Assembly (NCBI GenBank): GCA_947629255.1
Contig: CANRDF010000002.1
Coordinates: 44-64,043 of the forward strand
Reading direction: 5' to 3'
Source: an uncultured Bacilli bacterium
GTDB taxonomy: Bacteria; Bacillota_I; Bacilli_A; RF39; UBA660
Length of the DNA: 64,000 bases
Shown here one piece after another: positions 46,783 through 55,417 of the stretch (positions are counted from its first letter, which is position 1; the number at the start of each line of letters is the position of its first letter). The position numbers were made by a program, and so were the translations under genes. The notes beneath the pieces are model-generated. The model was not told where the DNA came from, searched no databases, and saw only the letters and a list, made by a program, of their open reading frames with translations.

Positions 46783-47076
46783 CTATTCTTCAATATATTT
46801 ATTATCTAATAAATACTTTATATACTCTTCACAACTCATTGTACAATTCATATATCTTTCAAAATCATCTTTTTCTAACCTGATTTGTTTCATCATCGTT
46901 TTTAAAAGTCCATCTGGTATATCTTTTTGAGAACCACGACTAATTTTAGTATTAATTGCTGTCTTTTTTCCATTTCTATATATGTAAAAATATTCATGGT
47001 CTCCAGGAACCTCAGAAAATCCTTTCTTTAAAAGGATTCGTTTCACATCCTTTTTAGTTCTTGGCATTTTGTTCAA
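46783..47076 (-). CDS. HicA-like toxin-fold protein with C-terminal extension
   Basis: 97 aa. MPRTKKDVKRILLKKGFSEVPGDHEYF...DIPDGLLKTMMKQIRL parallels the HicA pattern (..eviklLek.GF......GSH........diP.gtl..ilkq.gl). Confidence 0.5.
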   Translation of the reverse strand: MNKMPRTKKDVKRILLKKGFSEVPGDHEYFYIYRNGKKTAINTKISRGSQKDIPDGLLKTMMKQIRLEKDDFERYMNCTMSCEEYIKYLLDNKYIEE

Positions 47077-47512
47077 ATAAAGACAGCAATTTATATTTTA
47101 ATTTTTGAGCATTGGTATCCAAATCACAATCGTTTTCAAAAACATAACTATGATATTGGAATTTCAATTCACATAGTAAATTGTTTTCTGCATCATTTTG
47201 AGTTTTGCCATAAACATACACATTATATTCTTCATTAGAATAGTAAAATCCATCTTCATCTGAACTTATAACAAATTCTATTGATTTTGAAAGTCTCACC
47301 ATTTTGTCTTGATCCACATCATATAATTCTATAAATGATTTTTGATATTCTGATTTTTCCATAATATAATTTTCTCCTATTATATTATTATTATCATTTC
47401 TTATCATTTTATTACTTTTAAAAATAAATTTTTTAATAAAATCATTTAATCTATTTTCTTGTTTAATATTTTCTATATAAGGAGTAGAAACAGTTGTATT
47501 TATATTTATCAT
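47054..47512 (-). CDS. hypothetical protein, possible HicB-like antitoxin
   Basis: 152 aa with a 23-nt overlap onto the HicA-like gene. The segment FVISSDEDGFYYSNEEYNVYVYGKTQNDAENNL resembles the HicB N-terminal fold pattern. Weak call. Confidence 0.35.
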   Translation of the reverse strand: MININTTVSTPYIENIKQENRLNDFIKKFIFKSNKMIRNDNNNIIGENYIMEKSEYQKSFIELYDVDQDKMVRLSKSIEFVISSDEDGFYYSNEEYNVYVYGKTQNDAENNLLCELKFQYHSYVFENDCDLDTNAQKLKYKLLSLFEQNAKN

Positions 47513-47533
47513 AACTTCCTCACTTTCATAAAT

Positions 47534-48145
47534 TTAATTTTCTTGATCAATATAACGATTACAAAAAGAAAGAAAACTTTTAATAAATTTTTTATCAATG
47601 ATTATATCTTGATTCATACAAGTATTAAAATCATACATTTTTAATAAACCATCAAAATTATCGGAATCACTTATACTCCTTTCCCAACAATTAATATTAA
47701 TATTATCAAATTTTAATTTTTTAAGCCAAGAAAATTGAAAATCAATAGTATCCATAAATATATTAGAATTCATACAACTTGTTTTAAAATCATTTTTTTT
47801 ATTTGCGTCAAACATTAAAGATGGAACATATCCCACTCTAACAAGTGCGACATCTTCTTCTAAAAATAACTTTAAAATAGTAAATACTATTTCCTCTAAT
47901 CGTATAATAAATGAATTTTTAACAGTAATCCTTATATTATTAAAATTTGCTAAAATTTGTAAATTAGGATTTTGATTAAAAATTATAAAAGGCTGATTAT
48001 TTTCTTGAGATGCCTCTATATTGATTGGTAAAATTATTGCCTCCCCTATTTCTGGAAATTTTTCTTTTATTAAAAATCCCATTTTCGATAATTTGTACAT
48101 AGTTTCATTAGCAAAGAAAAGAACAAACTGAATCTCATTTATCAT
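47534..48145 (-). CDS. hypothetical protein
   Basis: 203-aa ORF, first gene after the operator-bearing promoter region at 48150-48230. No family recognised. Confidence 0.5.
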   Translation of the reverse strand: MINEIQFVLFFANETMYKLSKMGFLIKEKFPEIGEAIILPINIEASQENNQPFIIFNQNPNLQILANFNNIRITVKNSFIIRLEEIVFTILKLFLEEDVALVRVGYVPSLMFDANKKNDFKTSCMNSNIFMDTIDFQFSWLKKLKFDNININCWERSISDSDNFDGLLKMYDFNTCMNQDIIIDKKFIKSFLSFCNRYIDQEN

Positions 48146-48212
48146 AAATATTATCTCCTTTGTGGCTTTATTGTAGCATACTTATTTTGCTTTTGCAAAT
48201 TTCTTTTTAACA

Positions 48213-48230
48213 TTAACGGTGCACCATTAA
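48213..48230 (-). promoter_or_regulatory. third copy of the palindromic operator (TTAACGGTGCACCATTAA)
   Basis: Near-palindrome with one arm mismatch. It lies just upstream of a TTTGCA-18-TACAAT promoter that faces the 47534-48145 gene. Confidence 0.45.
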
Positions 48231-48252
48231 CATTGCATATTACATAATAAAT

Positions 48253-49131
48253 TTAATCTTTAATTTCTAAATAATAATTCTTAAAATCTTCATGATAATA
48301 ACTTGTAACATTAAAATGCGTTTCTTTATGAAGTTCTATTGCGGTTATTAAATGTCTTATAAATAGTGCTATTAAATCTGCCGAATCATGCTCTAAAGTT
48401 AACAATAAACTAGATACATTAAACCTTTGAGTTTCTATATCATTTATTTTTACTGTAAAGGTTGGATAGCAATATGTTTTGATACTTGTAAAGCTATCTA
48501 TTGTTTCTTTATCTAAAAAAGTATTATTTTTAAAATCTTCTTCTACCATTTGATATGTGTAACATCCCTTTTTTAATATTAAAATGAAATTATGCCTAAA
48601 AGAATTATCAATCCCTTTATAAATATCATCAAAATCAACTTTTCTTAAATCAAATTGAACATTTTTACAAATCAAAAAACTAAAAATAGAATTGTATTCT
48701 TTTATCCTAGCTTTCGAATCTTCAGTTTGACACATCTTTTTTATATTTGATAATTTTCTTAATGCGACTTTAAATTCACTTTTCGTTAATCCAGATTTTA
48801 TTTCGCCTACTGCAAAAACACATTCTGATGGAAAAAATTGTAAAAAGTTATCTTTAATAAATTTAGGAGTATTTTTATCATAAACTACTATATCACATTG
48901 TGTACTTATTTCGTTTTTTGGATTTACTATAAATCCATCTCCAACAGCCTTATTGTCATCAATAATGAACTCAAGAAGATGTTTTGTACATTTTTCCCTA
49001 TAATGTCCAAATTCTGCTGGATGAATTAACTTTTTACCATTTTTAAAAATTTTTTCGGACTGTTCTGTAAAAACATATTCAAATGTTTTTAATTGATCAT
49101 AAAAAAGTTCTTTAATTATTTCATGTTTCAT
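48253..49131 (-). CDS. DUF6602-like PD-(D/E)XK nuclease-fold protein
   Basis: 292 aa. The pattern GHYREKCTKHLLEFI...GDGFIVNPKNEISTQCDIVVYD...FPSECVFAVGEIKSGLTKSEF shows a D...E-x-K core and matches the DUF6602 pattern as I recall it. Confidence 0.6.
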   Translation of the reverse strand: MKHEIIKELFYDQLKTFEYVFTEQSEKIFKNGKKLIHPAEFGHYREKCTKHLLEFIIDDNKAVGDGFIVNPKNEISTQCDIVVYDKNTPKFIKDNFLQFFPSECVFAVGEIKSGLTKSEFKVALRKLSNIKKMCQTEDSKARIKEYNSIFSFLICKNVQFDLRKVDFDDIYKGIDNSFRHNFILILKKGCYTYQMVEEDFKNNTFLDKETIDSFTSIKTYCYPTFTVKINDIETQRFNVSSLLLTLEHDSADLIALFIRHLITAIELHKETHFNVTSYYHEDFKNYYLEIKD

Positions 49132-49227
49132 CTTACTACCAACTTCTTTCTTTTGATAGTTAGATTAGCATAGATTTTTAGGAAACACAACAGAAAAAAT
49201 AACCATGCAAGGTTTACTTTCCCCCCT

Positions 49228-50325
49228 TTAATTTTCAAAATGTCCTCCCCTATATAATTTTTCAATATTATGGGCTTCTTGAAGTTCTTTATTTGTTGCA
49301 TTAGAAAGAGATACGACTCTTTTAGGACTTACAATAAATGTGCAATCAGGTCGTGTTATTTTATTACTCATAAGATAAGTATTATGGGTTGATAAAATAG
49401 TCTGTAAATTTGGAGTAGAGTTTAATTCTTTTACAACACTTTCTGCTAAATCAAAATGATAGTTAACATCAAACTCATCGATAAACAAAAACTTTACATT
49501 TGCTTGTTCTAGCCAAATCCTCCAACTGTAAAATAACCATAAATCATTCGTTCCTGTAGAAATCAAAGTAAAAAAAGGCACAACTGCATCTTTAAATCTT
49601 ATTCCTATTATATGATGATTACCTAAATTCATATCTTCTAAATGATAATTGATATGATTATTTTTTAAGAAAGTTTCAAAATTTTTTAATTTATTCTTTC
49701 TTAAAATAATATCATTTAATTCATTGTTGTGATATTTAATTCCAATAGATTCATCTTTTTTAATCCATAACATAGAATTTACAAAATCCATAAGTAAATG
49801 AATAGGATGATTTTTTATTTTAGGAAGTCTACTTGCTAAATAATTAATCATAGACATATTATCAAAATATTCCCAATTTAAAGATTCTGTATCTTCTATT
49901 TTAATAAATAAATGTTCTAAATCTTGAAAATGATATTCTAAAACTGTTTCATGATTAACAATCAATTTCTCATACACAGGGACAGTATCATAATCTTTTT
50001 TATAATATATGTATTCGATCATCATGTCATCAAATTGAAAAGTATATTCAAATTCTGCATAATCACGTTTAATTTCTAAATTCAAATAATTTTGATAATA
50101 TTTTCCTACATTTTGATATTTGTTAGTTAAAGTTAAAACAATATCAAAAATAGCAAATCCTAAATTAGATTTACCTGATGCATTCTTACCAAATAGTATG
50201 CTATTTTTTACTATTTTATTTTGAATTAAATTTTTATTATATTGATAATCATTTGTATTTAATAAATTCAAAGTTACTTTCTTTGAAAATCCTTTAAAAC
50301 CTAAAACAGAAAATTTTGTTAACAT
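49228..50325 (-). CDS. ABC-type AAA_21/AAA_15-like ATPase (defence-associated), paralog 2
   Basis: 365 aa. Walker A GKNASGKSN, Walker B FLFIDEFDVNYH, and STHN. Mosaic paralog of 56179-57285. Confidence 0.8.
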   Translation of the reverse strand: MLTKFSVLGFKGFSKKVTLNLLNTNDYQYNKNLIQNKIVKNSILFGKNASGKSNLGFAIFDIVLTLTNKYQNVGKYYQNYLNLEIKRDYAEFEYTFQFDDMMIEYIYYKKDYDTVPVYEKLIVNHETVLEYHFQDLEHLFIKIEDTESLNWEYFDNMSMINYLASRLPKIKNHPIHLLMDFVNSMLWIKKDESIGIKYHNNELNDIILRKNKLKNFETFLKNNHINYHLEDMNLGNHHIIGIRFKDAVVPFFTLISTGTNDLWLFYSWRIWLEQANVKFLFIDEFDVNYHFDLAESVVKELNSTPNLQTILSTHNTYLMSNKITRPDCTFIVSPKRVVSLSNATNKELQEAHNIEKLYRGGHFEN

Positions 50326-50365
50326 ATACTTTCCTTTCTTCTTTTGAACTTTTTTGCTTTATTCG

Positions 50366-51409
50366 TTATAACCATCTATTTTCTATTTCTAAATTAGTTC
50401 TTTTTGAAGTACCAGTTAAAATTTCTATATCGCGAACGGTAAAACCCATCTCTTGTAATTTTTTTAAATCTAAATTCTTATATTCAGGATGAATAGTCTG
50501 AAAAAGAATTCTTAAATAATCTGATTTGTTATTGGAATTACTAAAAGCAATGGATGACTTTATAATATTTTTTAATTCTCCTGGATATGGAATAGGATTT
50601 AAAAGTTTTAAAATTTTATGAAATAATCTTTGATTTTGTTCTATTTCATTATTTTTAGAAAAATCTTTTAATAAGAGATCTGCAATTTCTATTAAATCTT
50701 CTTCTGAATAACGATTAAAATGAATCACTTTATCAAATCTTCGAATCAATGCTTTATCTAACTTTTGATACATATTCGTTGTCGCAATAAATAAAATACT
50801 ATCTAATAATGAATTTTCTAATTCTTTCAAAAACATGGAAGTCGCTCTTCCCATTTCTCTTAAATCATTATCATTGATTCTATCTAATGCTAAAGCATCT
50901 ATTTCATCAAATAAAACAATAATTTTTTCAGGATGAGGGAGTGTTTTTAATTCTTCAAATAATGCAGATATATTTTTTAAAGTTTGTCCAAGTTTACTGT
51001 CAATAATAGAATCAAATCGAACTGTGTACAAAACTCTATCTAAAATTCTTGCTAAATGTTTGGCTGTTTCTGTTTTTCCAGTTCCTGGAGCCCCTTCAAA
51101 TAAAAATTTATTGACACCACATTTTTTATGAATTGCATTAATAATACCAATAACATCGTTTTTAATTTCTTCCGGCAAAGGTAGTAAATTATTAGAAGGT
51201 TCTACTTTTTGATAAAATGTCAATTTTAAATCTTCTCTTTGAGGCACAAAAGTATTTTCATCTGATAATAAAGCTAAAATATATTGAGATAGCTCAGCAT
51301 CTCCATTTAATTCAAAATCTTTAGCAATCATATAAGCTTCACTTCTAAATGATTCATCTGAACCTTCTACATGATATCTTATTAAATTAATCACATTTCT
51401 TTTTCTCAC
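50366..51409 (-). CDS. classical AAA+ ATPase with N-terminal helical domain
   Basis: Walker A GAPGTGKTETAKHLA, Walker B VLFDEIDAL, and sensor/arginine region ATTNMYQKLDKALIRRFD. Start placed at GTG 51409 with SD TGAGGTG 6 nt upstream; the ORF track extends to 51457. Confidence 0.75.
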   Translation of the reverse strand: MRKRNVINLIRYHVEGSDESFRSEAYMIAKDFELNGDAELSQYILALLSDENTFVPQREDLKLTFYQKVEPSNNLLPLPEEIKNDVIGIINAIHKKCGVNKFLFEGAPGTGKTETAKHLARILDRVLYTVRFDSIIDSKLGQTLKNISALFEELKTLPHPEKIIVLFDEIDALALDRINDNDLREMGRATSMFLKELENSLLDSILFIATTNMYQKLDKALIRRFDKVIHFNRYSEEDLIEIADLLLKDFSKNNEIEQNQRLFHKILKLLNPIPYPGELKNIIKSSIAFSNSNNKSDYLRILFQTIHPEYKNLDLKKLQEMGFTVRDIEILTGTSKRTNLEIENRWL

Positions 51410-51428
51410 CTTTTTCACCTCATATTTT

Positions 51429-52313
51429 TTAGTATAAATAATATTGAATACTATCACTAAAATGTTCTTTTGATACTTTTAAAAACTCACAAGCTTTCTC
51501 TCTTTCAATCTCTCCATATGCTTCTAATTTATAAACCATTTTACGGAATTGATATGGTTCTTCTAATGGTATTACACTATCATCATATTTTTCTTTATTT
51601 AAATGTAAATGCACTAATAAATGACCTACTGAAAAGATAGGTGTTATTTGAAGTTCTCTTAAACGAATGATAATAGCATAGTAATTTATTTGAAATTCTT
51701 TTTTGAATGCTTCAATTTCACGAAAATTTAGATTGGCTCTGTAATCTCCGAATTCGTTTATCATTGCTCTTCTAGGCATTAGCAATGCATTTGCAAAACG
51801 CTGGCAAAGTTCTTCTTGATTTAATTCTTTGTTTTCAATATTAAGTATTAAGTGTCCTAATTCATGGGCAAGAGTAAGTTTTTGCTTTCTTCCATCTAAT
51901 GTTTTATTTATTAAAACAATAAATGGAATTCCTTCCACTACTTCACTAAATGATTCTATACCTTTAAATCTATTTTCCATATTTTTTATTTGAATAATAG
52001 CTATTCCCTTTTTTTCTAAAAGAAAAATTAAATTAGAAATAGGAAGTTTTTGGGAAACATTTATTTCATTTCTAAATTTAATTGCGCTATTCTCTGCATC
52101 TTCTAAACTTTTACAAGAATATTTTTTTAATTTATATATTTTTTTATTCGATAATTTTAAAACCTCCAAATATTTAACAATCTCAATTTGAATCAGTTCT
52201 TTTAAAAGTTTTAAATCTTGTTGTTTTATTTTTTTTCTTTTACGTAACGAATCAAAAGTTAATTTAGGAATTTCTAACTTCATTATCTCATTTAAATTAT
52301 TCATTTTAACCAT
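51429..52313 (-). CDS. ImmA/IrrE-family (M78) zinc metallopeptidase-like protein
   Basis: 294 aa with HELGHLIL (HExxH) followed by E..CQRFANALLMP, the typical ImmA/IrrE signature. I saw no HTH domain. Confidence 0.75.
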   Translation of the reverse strand: MVKMNNLNEIMKLEIPKLTFDSLRKRKKIKQQDLKLLKELIQIEIVKYLEVLKLSNKKIYKLKKYSCKSLEDAENSAIKFRNEINVSQKLPISNLIFLLEKKGIAIIQIKNMENRFKGIESFSEVVEGIPFIVLINKTLDGRKQKLTLAHELGHLILNIENKELNQEELCQRFANALLMPRRAMINEFGDYRANLNFREIEAFKKEFQINYYAIIIRLRELQITPIFSVGHLLVHLHLNKEKYDDSVIPLEEPYQFRKMVYKLEAYGEIEREKACEFLKVSKEHFSDSIQYYLY

Positions 52314-52422
52314 CTCTTTCTATTACTTTTTTATCACAAAAAGAAACATTTGTAAAGATTAAATTGATGTTTAATATAATTTAAATGCAAAAAAAGAAAT
52401 AGATTTATCATTCCCTATTTCC

Positions 52423-53274
52423 TTATTTCATTTCAATTTCTTTTACGTCAGCATACTCATAGTTTAGTGCATTACTACTAGTAACTACACTTTCACCAAG
52501 TTCATTTTCTAAATCTTTTCTTGCATTCCCTGCAATCTTTCCTCCACGTCTTGCTACTTCAATATTTTCGTTTAAACCTTTCGGATTTTTCTTTTTAGCA
52601 ATTTCTCTTGTTGCTATTTCACCTAAATCAGCTAAGGCTACTTCAACATCAGACATATTATCTCTTAGCGATTCTTTCCTAAGCCCTTTAAATGATTTAT
52701 ACTCCTTGGCGGTCATACCTGACCATTCTTTATATATTTCATTTGTTAAAATTGCATATTCTTTGGATTCAGTGATTCCACCATCTTTCCATACATCTGT
52801 AAGTTGTCTCCTATCCTGAATACTCTTCATTCGTTTTAATATCCATTTTTCATCATAGCCCTTAGTTCTATATAAGTCTATTGCTCTTTGGGCTGCTATA
52901 GAAGGATCAAATGTTTCATCAATTCTTTCACTTCCTAGTTTTGCTAGCCATTGTTTTATAGGTTCTGCATTTTTTGAAGGAATGGATTCAATAATTCTAA
53001 ACATTCCTTCTATATCTACTACATCAGTTAATCGATATTTACCATCACTAGCCTTAAGTTTCAACTGGTGACAATTTGTCACCGTTTCATTTCCTTCATC
53101 TTTGAGACGTTGTTTTAATTTGTTCCAATATTTTCTACCATCTTTACTTTCCGATACGACCCCTACAATGTCAACAACACTAATAAAGTACTTTTCTTTC
53201 TCCTTATCCCACACTGTTCTAATTGTTTCATTGTTAAATAGTTTGTTTACTAATTGCATTTTATCTTGATTCAT
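52423..53274 (-). CDS. Bro-N-domain protein (antirepressor/DinD-like)
   Basis: N-terminal Bro-N-like segment (ETIRTVWDKEKEKYFISVVDIVGVVSES..GRKYWNKLKQRL). Start placed at ATG 53274 (MNQDK) after AAGGAGAG; the ORF track starts at 53295. Confidence 0.65.
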   Translation of the reverse strand: MNQDKMQLVNKLFNNETIRTVWDKEKEKYFISVVDIVGVVSESKDGRKYWNKLKQRLKDEGNETVTNCHQLKLKASDGKYRLTDVVDIEGMFRIIESIPSKNAEPIKQWLAKLGSERIDETFDPSIAAQRAIDLYRTKGYDEKWILKRMKSIQDRRQLTDVWKDGGITESKEYAILTNEIYKEWSGMTAKEYKSFKGLRKESLRDNMSDVEVALADLGEIATREIAKKKNPKGLNENIEVARRGGKIAGNARKDLENELGESVVTSSNALNYEYADVKEIEMK

Positions 53275-53448
53275 AATCCATCTCTCCTTAATCATTTGTT
53301 TCTATTTTAAAACTTTAACTTTATTTTTTTTCAGCATTTCATTTTAACCATCTCTTTTCTGTTTTTGTTTTATCACAAAAAGAAACATTTGTAAAGATTA
53401 AATTGATGTTTAAAATAATTTTTTTACTTATTAAAAAAAATAGATTTT

Positions 53449-53859
53449 TTATTTTCTATTTTCTTCTTTTAACTTTTCAATTGCTGTTATTGATAATCCT
53501 GTAATTTTTGATATTTTTTCTATTCCAAGTTCTGGACTTTCTTCAAGCATTGATTTTGCAATTCCCATTTTTTCTTTGGCTTTAGCTTCTTCAGCTGCTT
53601 CTTCTTTAGCAAGAGAGATTCTAGTATTCGTAAGACGTTCTTTGTCTTCTTCTTCAGAAACTGTCCTTATAAATGTTCCATCACTATTTAATATATACAT
53701 TTTCTGATCAAACTCCTTTACTAATTCATCTTTCTTGGATAACTCCACAAGTTCTTCTTCACTTGCTCCTAACATCACTAGATGAATATTCTCTTTGTCG
53801 CCTTGTATGTTCTTATCATACCATTCTTTTTTGACATTTTCAATATTGATTGTAATCAT
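53449..53859 (-). pseudogene. C-terminal fragment of an Rpn/PDDEXK_2-family gene (third copy)
   Basis: ITINIENVKKEWYDKNIQGDKENIHLVMLGASEEEL... parallels residues of the 45487-46343 pseudogene. The PD-(D/E)XK N-terminal half is missing. Confidence 0.6.
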
Positions 53860-53875
53860 TCTAACTGTGTACCCT

Positions 53876-53903
53876 TAATAAAAAATGTAATAATTATACA
53901 TTT
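53876..53903 (-). terminator. rho-independent terminator after the 485-aa gene
   Basis: Stem AAATGTA/TACATTT (53883-53889 / 53897-53903) followed on the minus strand by TTTTATT. Confidence 0.5.
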
Positions 53904-53942
53904 AAATAATTTAATATTCTCTTTTATACTTCAACATTTTAG

Positions 53943-55400
53943 CTACATTAGAAGCCTAGCGGCCTGTAGTTCTTTTATTATCTGATGATACATGTCAATT
54001 ACATATTTTCGAAATATCTTAACATCTGTATTTCTTAACTTGGTATTAGTAGCTCTTACTAATGGATAATCAAATGAACCATATTCAACCATTTGACTTT
54101 TTAATGAGTTTATAATACTTGTGCCCGTAAAAGCATACTTTTCAACATCATATAAACTACAAACTTTGATATGATTTATAATCCATTTATACAATCTATC
54201 AGATGTGTTTATCTTTAATTTCTCTGCCACCTTTTTATATATTAATTCCCTCTTAATATAAGATTCCTCCAATAAAACCACAATTCCAAAGCAATTATCA
54301 CGATTAAAATTAGTTTTATCATCATTTTCAAAAAAATCATATGATCTCTTAAAATCTAAATAAATTTGTTTGTATAATTGAACTACTGCATTGCTTATCT
54401 TGTTTATCTCATCTAAAATTGATTTTTCTTTCATACATCTAGTTTTAGAATAAGGAACCATTGATTTACATTCAAAAAATAGATATTCATTATTAATTCT
54501 ACACATGACATCTGAAGTTTTTAATTGATTTTTATTTTTTATATATTCTTTTTCTAGTATGATTTCAGTAAATAAATTTGATTTTAGTAAAATATCATAT
54601 AAATAAGCTTCCAAAACATCTTTGCCAAATAAAGTTCTGATATCATTTTGATTATCAGTAATTCTATATAGTAACGAATCAGTCACTGCTCTTGTTAAAC
54701 AATGCGGTAAAGGTAAATAAATTTTTTGACCATACTTAATAAATGGATAAATATCTGAAGGTCTAACACAATATAGATAATCTTCTATATTTTCTGCAAA
54801 CAAATCAATTTCTTTTTTAAATTCTTCTCGTGATATTGTTAATAGTTTTACCACAGTAGCATATTTCAAAAGTATATACTCTATTATTTTATAATTTAAT
54901 GAAACTTTTGAAGCAAAAAGAAAATTTAATATAATTCCAAATTCTAAAACAGATTTGTATTCTATTCCAAATTTTTTATAAAATTCATTTTTCATACTAA
55001 TTTTAGGACAAGTATAATTAAAAAAATAGTTGTATCTAAAATATTTATATATATCATAAGATTGGCAATCATATTGTGTTGAGCCAAATGCAATCAATAC
55101 ATAATCCACAAATTCTGATGTCTCACTTTTGCTAAGCAAAAAAGGATGGTGATAATTTCTTATGCAATTAATTATTTCGGAAAAATTATTTATATTCTGA
55201 CCTTTGAAATCTTTGAATTGATATTCATCCGCTTTAACCGAAAACATCAAAAAAGTTTCCAATTCCCATGGCATTGGTTGATTTTTATTGATTTTCAGAC
55301 AGTTAAAATCTATAAGTTGTAAAGAATAATACATCAAAATTCTCATTTTTTCATCAAATGAATATCTTTTTAAAATAACGGGCAATTTTTTATAATCCAT
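53943..55400 (-). CDS. hypothetical 485-aa protein with a possible C-terminal PD-(D/E)XK core
   Basis: Third gene of the ATPase-RloB operon, RBS AAGAGGT. The segment SDVMCRINNEYLFFECKS fits D-x12-E-x-K. No family recognised. Confidence 0.55.
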   Translation of the reverse strand: MDYKKLPVILKRYSFDEKMRILMYYSLQLIDFNCLKINKNQPMPWELETFLMFSVKADEYQFKDFKGQNINNFSEIINCIRNYHHPFLLSKSETSEFVDYVLIAFGSTQYDCQSYDIYKYFRYNYFFNYTCPKISMKNEFYKKFGIEYKSVLEFGIILNFLFASKVSLNYKIIEYILLKYATVVKLLTISREEFKKEIDLFAENIEDYLYCVRPSDIYPFIKYGQKIYLPLPHCLTRAVTDSLLYRITDNQNDIRTLFGKDVLEAYLYDILLKSNLFTEIILEKEYIKNKNQLKTSDVMCRINNEYLFFECKSMVPYSKTRCMKEKSILDEINKISNAVVQLYKQIYLDFKRSYDFFENDDKTNFNRDNCFGIVVLLEESYIKRELIYKKVAEKLKINTSDRLYKWIINHIKVCSLYDVEKYAFTGTSIINSLKSQMVEYGSFDYPLVRATNTKLRNTDVKIFRKYVIDMYHQIIKELQAARLLM

Positions 55401-55417
55401 TTTTACCTCTTAGTTCA

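Noticed and set aside
44335-53878. Considered whether the repeated intergenic elements form a CRISPR-like array.
   Set aside because: The repeats are few (2-4 copies), irregularly spaced by kilobases, and each sits in a promoter or terminator position. There are no cas genes.
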